A stretch of DNA of 64,000 bases from Naegleria gruberi (lineage: Eukaryota), in NCBI GenBank assembly GCA_000004985.1, contig GG738861.1; one strand, given 5' to 3'. Of the stretch, positions 58,189 to 64,000 are shown in pieces (the stretch's first letter is position 1; each line of letters opens with the position of its first letter). The position numbers and the translations under genes were made by a program. Under the pieces are notes generated by a model that was given only the letters and a program-made list of their open reading frames with translations, was not told the origin of the DNA and searched no databases.

Positions 58189-59790
58189 TTATTTCAAACT
58201 CTTGGCCTTCTTTTTAGCAATTTGGTACAAATCTTCAACTGCCTTTCTACTCTTTTGTAATAAATTATCAACATCATTTTCCAAAGTCATTCCCTTAACA
58301 CTGATTGGATCACCAACAACGATAGCACAACGACCTGGACGTGGTAATTTATGTTTCAATTCCCAAATGGTGTGACTTCCAGAGATGGCCATTGGAATAA
58401 TGTCAGCTCCAGTTTGCAAAGCCATAACAAAGGCACCCTTACGGAATTCCAAGAATTCATCTGGATTATCACTTCTTCTGCCTTCTGGGAAGAAGAATAC
58501 AGCACAATCATTATTGAGATAATTTCTCAATGTATCAAGAGCACGAGTGACACTTGACTTATCAGTGGTAGTATGTTCTGCCTTCTTGGATGTGAAAACA
58601 ATTGGAACATCTCCAATCATTGACATGAGCCAACCAGCAATTGGAATCTTGAAAATAATATGCTTGGCAACCCATTTGGCTTCAATTGGAAGTGCAGAAA
58701 TCAAAATAAATGGATCCATTCCACTTTGATGATTGCAAATGAAAATGACCTTCTTTTGTTTCTTTGGTAATCTATTCTTTGTTGATCCATTGGCATAGAA
58801 TGTTTTAATATTCCAAAATGGATTAGTTTCAACAGCCCATCTATTAAAGTAACGGAACAACCATCCCATCAAACTCTTATTCCTATCAAATCCAAACAAA
58901 ATGTGACATATATACATTGGTAATACAACAATAAAACACAAATTCCAAGCAATGAGTAATCCAATTGCAAAATAAGCTCTACAAAGCCAAGCACTAAGAG
59001 AATTGTCATCTTTTCCTGGATTATGAGCACGTTTTGTTTTGACAATAGGACTTGGTTGAGCAGTTGTGGCAATATCACTGGCAACAGTTGTTGTAGGACT
59101 TGTTGTGACACTGCTACTAGTAGAAGTGATACTAGTATTTGGTGATGGATTATTCTTGGTAGCTACAATTTCAACAGTTCCATTCACTGATTGAGTATTG
59201 GTGGATTCGGAAGATGATGACTTCTTTTTCTTCTTCTTTGAGATAGGAGTAGCAACATTTTCATTATTTGATGAGCTACTTGGAGTAACAGTTACAGTAG
59301 TAGTATTATTATTATTATTCTTAGATTGAACAGCAGTAGGAGTAGCAACAACAGGAGTAGTAGTAGTGGTTGTTGTTGTTGTATTGGCAGTGGTTGTATC
59401 AGATGATTTTTGTTTCTTCTTCTTTGAAGTATTTGATGAATCATTGGTAACAACAGTTGCATTGGAATTTACACTGGTACTAGCTACAGGCTTATTATTA
59501 ATATTATTTTGAGATGGAGTAGTAGTAATTGTTGTATTGGCATTCTTACTTGTTTGTTGTTGTTTTACATTCTTCTTAGATTCATCAACAGTACTCTTCT
59601 CTGCAACAATAGATAATTTTGATGAGACCTTTTCCGATTGTTGTTGTTGTTGTGCTGATGGTGGTGATACCTGTTTTGTTGTTGTAGTTTTCGGAACAGC
59701 AGCAGCAGAAGGCTTTGATGTAGTAGTGGTATTGGTATTACTATTTGTTGTTTGGGAAGGCTTTGAATCAGCCTTCTTCTTGGTAGCCAT
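58189..59790 (-). CDS. 1-acyl-sn-glycerol-3-phosphate acyltransferase (LPAAT/AGPAT, PlsC family) with a ~250-aa S/T/N-rich N-terminal extension
   Basis: Acyltransferase motifs NHQSGMD (HxxxxD) and FPEGRRS, preceded by low-complexity T(n)/S(n)/N(n) tracts. Confidence 0.75.
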   Translation of the reverse strand: MATKKKADSKPSQTTNSNTNTTTTSKPSAAAVPKTTTTKQVSPPSAQQQQQSEKVSSKLSIVAEKSTVDESKKNVKQQQTSKNANTTITTTPSQNNINNKPVASTSVNSNATVVTNDSSNTSKKKKQKSSDTTTANTTTTTTTTTPVVATPTAVQSKNNNNNTTTVTVTPSSSSNNENVATPISKKKKKKSSSSESTNTQSVNGTVEIVATKNNPSPNTSITSTSSSVTTSPTTTVASDIATTAQPSPIVKTKRAHNPGKDDNSLSAWLCRAYFAIGLLIAWNLCFIVVLPMYICHILFGFDRNKSLMGWLFRYFNRWAVETNPFWNIKTFYANGSTKNRLPKKQKKVIFICNHQSGMDPFILISALPIEAKWVAKHIIFKIPIAGWLMSMIGDVPIVFTSKKAEHTTTDKSSVTRALDTLRNYLNNDCAVFFFPEGRRSDNPDEFLEFRKGAFVMALQTGADIIPMAISGSHTIWELKHKLPRPGRCAIVVGDPISVKGMTLENDVDNLLQKSRKAVEDLYQIAKKKAKSLK

Positions 59791-60105
59791 TTTCTTGTTG
59801 TGGTGTTCAACACTCTTTTCTTTTCTGAAGAATCTTGTTTTCTAATGCGCGCCTATGTTTGATTGTTCATGGATACCATCAAAGAAGCACGTCACCTTTG
59901 ATTATTGGCTGACATCGTTCATCATCGGAAGATTAGAAAAATTCCTTGTCATGAAGCTTCATCTCTTTTCTCTGTGGACATCAACATAATCAATTCAAAA
60001 TCTGTTTCCATGTATTAATCGGTAAATAATAACAGATGTGTATTGGAAAACCAGCAACACACGATACTGTATTCAAAACAAATATTTTAAACAACTAAAC
60101 AAGAA

Positions 60106-60177
60106 GGGACCATGGTCTAGTGGTATGATTCTCGCTTTGGGTGCGAGAGGCCGTGGGTTCGATTCCCACTGGTCCCC
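60106..60177 (+). tRNA. tRNA-Pro (anticodon UGG)
   Basis: GGGACCATGGTCTAGTGGTATGATTCTCGCTTTGGGTGCGAGAGGCCGTGGGTTCGATTCCCACTGGTCCC is near-identical to eukaryotic tRNA-Pro, and the anticodon loop TTTGGGT gives UGG. It overlaps the spurious ORF 60038..60253. Confidence 0.85.
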
Positions 60178-60505
60178 TTTCATTTTAAATTATCTCTGTA
60201 AACAGTATTTTGTTATTTTGTTTACCTTTTGCCTTCTCCTGCCTCAGATCTGATGGATAATCTTTAATTTTGATTTGTTTATTATTCTGATTAAGATAGA
60301 TGGATCACGTTTGTTATAAATATTTCGTGAATTCTCATGTCAAAATTCTCACGTTCGATAGTTTCTTCTTCTCGAACGTGATCTCTTTTTATAAATAATT
60401 TATTATTAGCCAATCTAATATGTGAATTCATATCTGAAACTTATTTAATCTCGAAAGCTTAACAAACCACCATTTACAAGTTAAAAAACAATACACAACT
60501 CGATC

Positions 60506-61422
60506 ATGTCTAAACAACTCATTCACGGCAACTATCCTGTCAATGGCATGCAAATGTCTTTCAATAAGAATTACTCTCTTATTTGTGCCTTTTTCATTCA
60601 ATTCATTCCACTCTTCGTCTTGCATTTCCTTTTCAAACACCAATACCATCTTGCTCTTCAAGTCATTGTCATTCCAATAGTGTATCTTGTATGTGGAGGC
60701 AGATGGACACTCAACTATCATAATCTTCTCCATCAATTGAGCGGGTTAAATCCAATATTGGATATTTTCTTGGGGGTTGGTTTTGGCCACTTGTTATCTT
60801 TTGGTCCAGGTATGTTATTTCACAATCAATTAATATGTTTAACCAATCAATACCAGGAAAGAAAGGACATGATAGTCATCACAGAATCAATTATGGAGAA
60901 AATGACAAGAGAATTTCATTAGAGAATATTGAAGATTTAAGCGAATCAGATATCGAATACCGATTGAACGAAATCTTGGCCAAAGATGCTGACTTTTGGT
61001 GTAAGAGTTCATTGAATCGTTGGACTCTCTTCTTGAGAAGTTCCCAATTCGAAATGAATTATATTCAATTCTACTTGAAGAATGTTGAGAATGCCAAACA
61101 AAAACTATTCCCAATTTACATGACAAGATTGGCTCTCCTTCTTTTGCCTTACCTCTTCTTGAATCCAATTCTGTACAGCATACATTTGGTCCTATGTCGC
61201 TTGGTTATGGCTTTAATTTTTATGGTCTTTACTACATTGTCACACGAGAAGGGTTGGTTTGATGGTTTTGTGGCCAAATTTTATCCTTTCCAAAAGTGGT
61301 TAGATGTGAATGTCTTTTTAGAGTTGTTGATTGGATATCATGTGCATCATGTTAATGAGCACGATAATCATCATACTTATCCTAAAAGAGATGTCAGTAT
61401 CTTGGCAAACATGTTTGAATAA
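60506..61422 (+). CDS. Membrane fatty-acid desaturase/hydroxylase-family protein (three His boxes); exons 60506..60809 and 60857..61422
   Basis: His boxes HNLLH (HX3H), HDSHH (HX2HH) and HDNHH, plus four predicted TM helices. A 47-nt GTATGT..AG intron joins the two ORF-track frames in phase 1. Confidence 0.55.
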
Positions 61423-61477
61423 TTTCACTCAATCAATATAATAATCAATCAGTTCAATAAATTTTGTTCCAAATTTA

Positions 61478-62386
61478 CTAATTTCCATAAGTCTTTTCCA
61501 TCTTGTACATTTCAATAAATTTCCTTACATCCTTAGCTGGTGTTTCTTGAAGTTTGAGGAAAAATTCATGATCTGGATATATTTCTCCCCCCAATCGTTC
61601 AAATGATTCACGATAGATTCTTCTCCACAATAGAGTTGTCATGGATACATCGGCATGAGCTCTATGGGCATTAATAGACCTACCCAAACCAAGGTTTTCT
61701 ACCAAGTTACCCAACTTGTAATCTGGTTGACCTTGAAATAATCTTCTTGCAAGCTTTAGGGTACAGAGTGTGTTTGTAAAGAGTGAATGTGATATAAAGT
61801 CGTCAGGTTTGTGAACTTCATTATTGATAATCTTATATCTCACAAATTCATTGTAAATCACACTAGCATCAAATCTAACATTATGCCCAACTACAAGGGA
61901 TGGTTGTGAACTCAAAAAATTATATAATTGTGAAAGAACTATTTGGGGAGGAGGTGAAAGGTCAATCATGGCTTTTGTAATCTTTGTAATTTCTTGAACT
62001 GGTTCTGGTATATAATCGATATCAGCATTAACCAAACTGGTAAATGAACTGATTGATGTACCATCGACAATTCTTGCACAAGCAACTTCAATCATTCTGC
62101 AATAACTGGTATTGGTTGATGTACCTTCAATATCCAAAACTACAACATTATATCTGGGAGAAAACAATGGAGTGGTGGAAGTACTCGACGACGACGTCGA
62201 ATAATTATTCATCATCATTACATTAAATCCAATCTTTCCGAAACTGTGTTGATTCATCATTGATTTGTTCTTCAACCCTCCTCCAAGGATAATTGAATAA
62301 AGACTCCTCTTGTTACCACTCATCATGATTGTTTGTGGTGAAGAAGATTTTACAGCACAATTCAATCCATTTGCTAATTTTCTCAT
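61478..62386 (-). CDS. DEDDh-family 3'-5' exonuclease (DnaQ/RNase T-like) with an N-terminal presequence-like extension
   Basis: Exo I VVVLDIEGT, Exo II GHNVRFDASV and Exo III AHRAHADVSMT motifs. Confidence 0.7.
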   Translation of the reverse strand: MRKLANGLNCAVKSSSPQTIMMSGNKRSLYSIILGGGLKNKSMMNQHSFGKIGFNVMMMNNYSTSSSSTSTTPLFSPRYNVVVLDIEGTSTNTSYCRMIEVACARIVDGTSISSFTSLVNADIDYIPEPVQEITKITKAMIDLSPPPQIVLSQLYNFLSSQPSLVVGHNVRFDASVIYNEFVRYKIINNEVHKPDDFISHSLFTNTLCTLKLARRLFQGQPDYKLGNLVENLGLGRSINAHRAHADVSMTTLLWRRIYRESFERLGGEIYPDHEFFLKLQETPAKDVRKFIEMYKMEKTYGN

Positions 62387-62986
62387 TTTTTTAGATTTGA
62401 AAAAGGCGCCAAATTATTATCCAACACAATTTTTCAATCATTATTAACCAAAGATTTTAGTAAATGTGTAATAGTATCAAAATAACATTTTAATGGATTT
62501 TCTAAGCAAATATCGGCAATCTTCAAAAGTGGTCTGCATTTGGGTAGAGACAAACTTTTTATGCCAGACCTCAATTATTCAAGTTAATGAAACGTTAAAA
62601 ATCAACAGTTTAATCCTTCATGTTGTAACCAAAATGACCATAAGCATGCTTTGATATCCTCATTCCTTTGAAAGTCAAATAAATACACACCTCATCACAC
62701 TCCCGATATTTTGAGCAATTCGTTGACTAATCGAATCCACAGCTCGACAGACAACTTTAAAAAAAAGCATAAAATCTCAAAGCGTGTGCTGTTACAGTAG
62801 AGTTTGATATTTATAACAACATTCATAAACGTGAGAGGAGCAAGTACGGGAGTGTGTGGAAAAAGAATAATTTGGAAAGGGGAAGACAATTTTCAAAATT
62901 AGTGAAGAATTTGATAGTTAGTTAGGAGGATTTTTATATAATATATAGTAAATAGTGTGATTTACAAACAGCAAGACATATAAATA

Positions 62987-63861
62987 ATGGGTAATTGTGG
63001 TTCAAAGAGGGAAACACCCACAACAACATCAGGATCCGATAATAATATGATTGTTATTGGAGGTGGAGGGACAGAAAAGGCTGAAGCCTATGCTCAATTG
63101 GATAATGAAAATGAATTATTCTTTAAATTATTATTATTGGTAGGTTGAAAGTTAGAATAGTGTCGGAAATGCTAATCACGATTCATAATCATGATTTAAT
63201 TTTATTATTAATTGAATGAATTGATTGGATATTAAATTTTGATAGGGTGATAGTGGTGTAGGAAAATCGACGATTTTATCAATGTTCAGTGATCAAAAGT
63301 TTAATCCAAGTCACATTTCTACAGTTGGTGTAGATTTTAAAACTGTTCATTTGAATGTTTCTGGAAAGACAGTGCAACTCCAAGTGGTAAGTTTTCAATT
63401 CATTATCTAGTTGCATTTACAGTTGATAATAGTGGGATACTGCAGGTAGGTTTTCATAATTTAAAGAATTTGAATCTAGATATTTTGTAATTTCAATCAA
63501 ATATCATTTTATTACTTGAATTTTATGAAATTTAGGTCAAGAGCGATACAGATCCATCATAACTGCCTACTATAGAGGTGCTCATGGTATATTACTTACA
63601 TTTGATTTAACGAGACGAGAATCATATGATAATATAAGGCGTTGGTTACAAGATGTTCATAAACATGCACATCAACATACCAAGACAGTTCTTGTTGGAA
63701 ATAAGAAGGATGTGGAACATATGAGAAATGTAACGAGAGAGGAAGCAGAAGAATTAGCCACCGAATTAGGTGTTAGATATTTCGAGGTCAGCGCCAAAGG
63801 AAACGATGGTATAAAGGAAGTATTCGAGGATATTGCCCAACAATTAATTGACTCACAATAA
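62987..63861 (+). CDS. Rab-like small GTPase with N-terminal MGNCGS (myristoylation-type) extension; exons 62987..63139, 63246..63386, 63433..63445 and 63536..63861
   Basis: After splicing: GDSGVGKST (P-loop), TVGVDF, WDTAGQERY (the WDTA| part is encoded by a 13-nt micro-exon), GNKKD and SAK. All junctions are GT..AG. Coordinates are hand-counted, ±1. Confidence 0.65.
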
Positions 63862-64000
63862 TGTAATAATATTAAATTAGTATATTTTAATTCATTCGAA
63901 ACTCTTTGTAATTATTATTGATTAAAATCTCTAGTTCAATAAATATTTGCTGAACAAATACTAAAATTACAATAATTTATTACTTTCCAATACGTAATAA

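Noticed and set aside
60038-60253. 71-aa ORF (GPWSSGMILALGARGRGFDSHWSPF…) from the ORF track
   Set aside because: It is the in-frame translation of the tRNA-Pro gene and its flank, not a protein gene.
1-64000. Prokaryotic features (operons, CRISPR arrays, Shine-Dalgarno sites, phage genes)
   Set aside because: Spliceosomal GT-AG introns, nuclear-type tRNAs and eukaryote-specific genes (Sec61γ, separase, COG5, CAF-1, AP-3) show this is eukaryotic nuclear DNA. No direct-repeat/spacer arrays were seen.

Overview
This 64 kb window is a gene-dense stretch of an AT-rich (~33% GC) eukaryotic nuclear genome that uses the standard genetic code. It carries roughly 45 protein-coding genes, about one per 1.4 kb, with GT-AG introns of about 45–170 bp and two nuclear tRNA genes (Lys-CUU, Pro-UGG). 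I cannot place the organism from sequence alone; the gene content points to an aerobic protist or a small invertebrate-like genome (MICU1, mitoribosomal L22, a PPR protein, cathepsin B, a sensor-cyclase-like receptor).

Most genes are conserved housekeeping genes: POLR3C/RPC82, NOC3, COG5, HPPD, an FCP1/NIF phosphatase, a RING-H2 ligase, separase, AP-3 sigma, CAF-1 p60, UTP11, MICU1, MRPL22, a KAR-type SDR, ALG10, Sec61-gamma, ADI1, RPP30, LPAAT, a DEDDh exonuclease and a Rab-like GTPase.

The most unusual structure is a ~1.2 kb inverted repeat at 16.38–17.63 kb and 41.26–42.44 kb, flanking 23.6 kb of ordinary genes. Each copy carries an intronless, prokaryote-type F420-dependent NADP oxidoreductase-like gene.

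Other points of interest are a second bacterial-looking intronless gene (an amidinotransferase-superfamily hydrolase), a DUF4116-repeat protein, a degenerate sensor-cyclase-like receptor with a frame break, a possibly truncated cathepsin B, a pseudo-GTPase, two low-complexity secreted proteins (one Cys/Lys-rich, one Gly/Tyr-rich), and 11–13 nt micro-exons in a PMP3 gene and the Rab-like gene.

The supplied ORF track uses TTG/CTG/GTG as starts, so I re-derived several true ATG starts and splice junctions by hand. Where my own base counting disagreed with the track by one position (notably 46200–46350), I trusted the track's coordinates.
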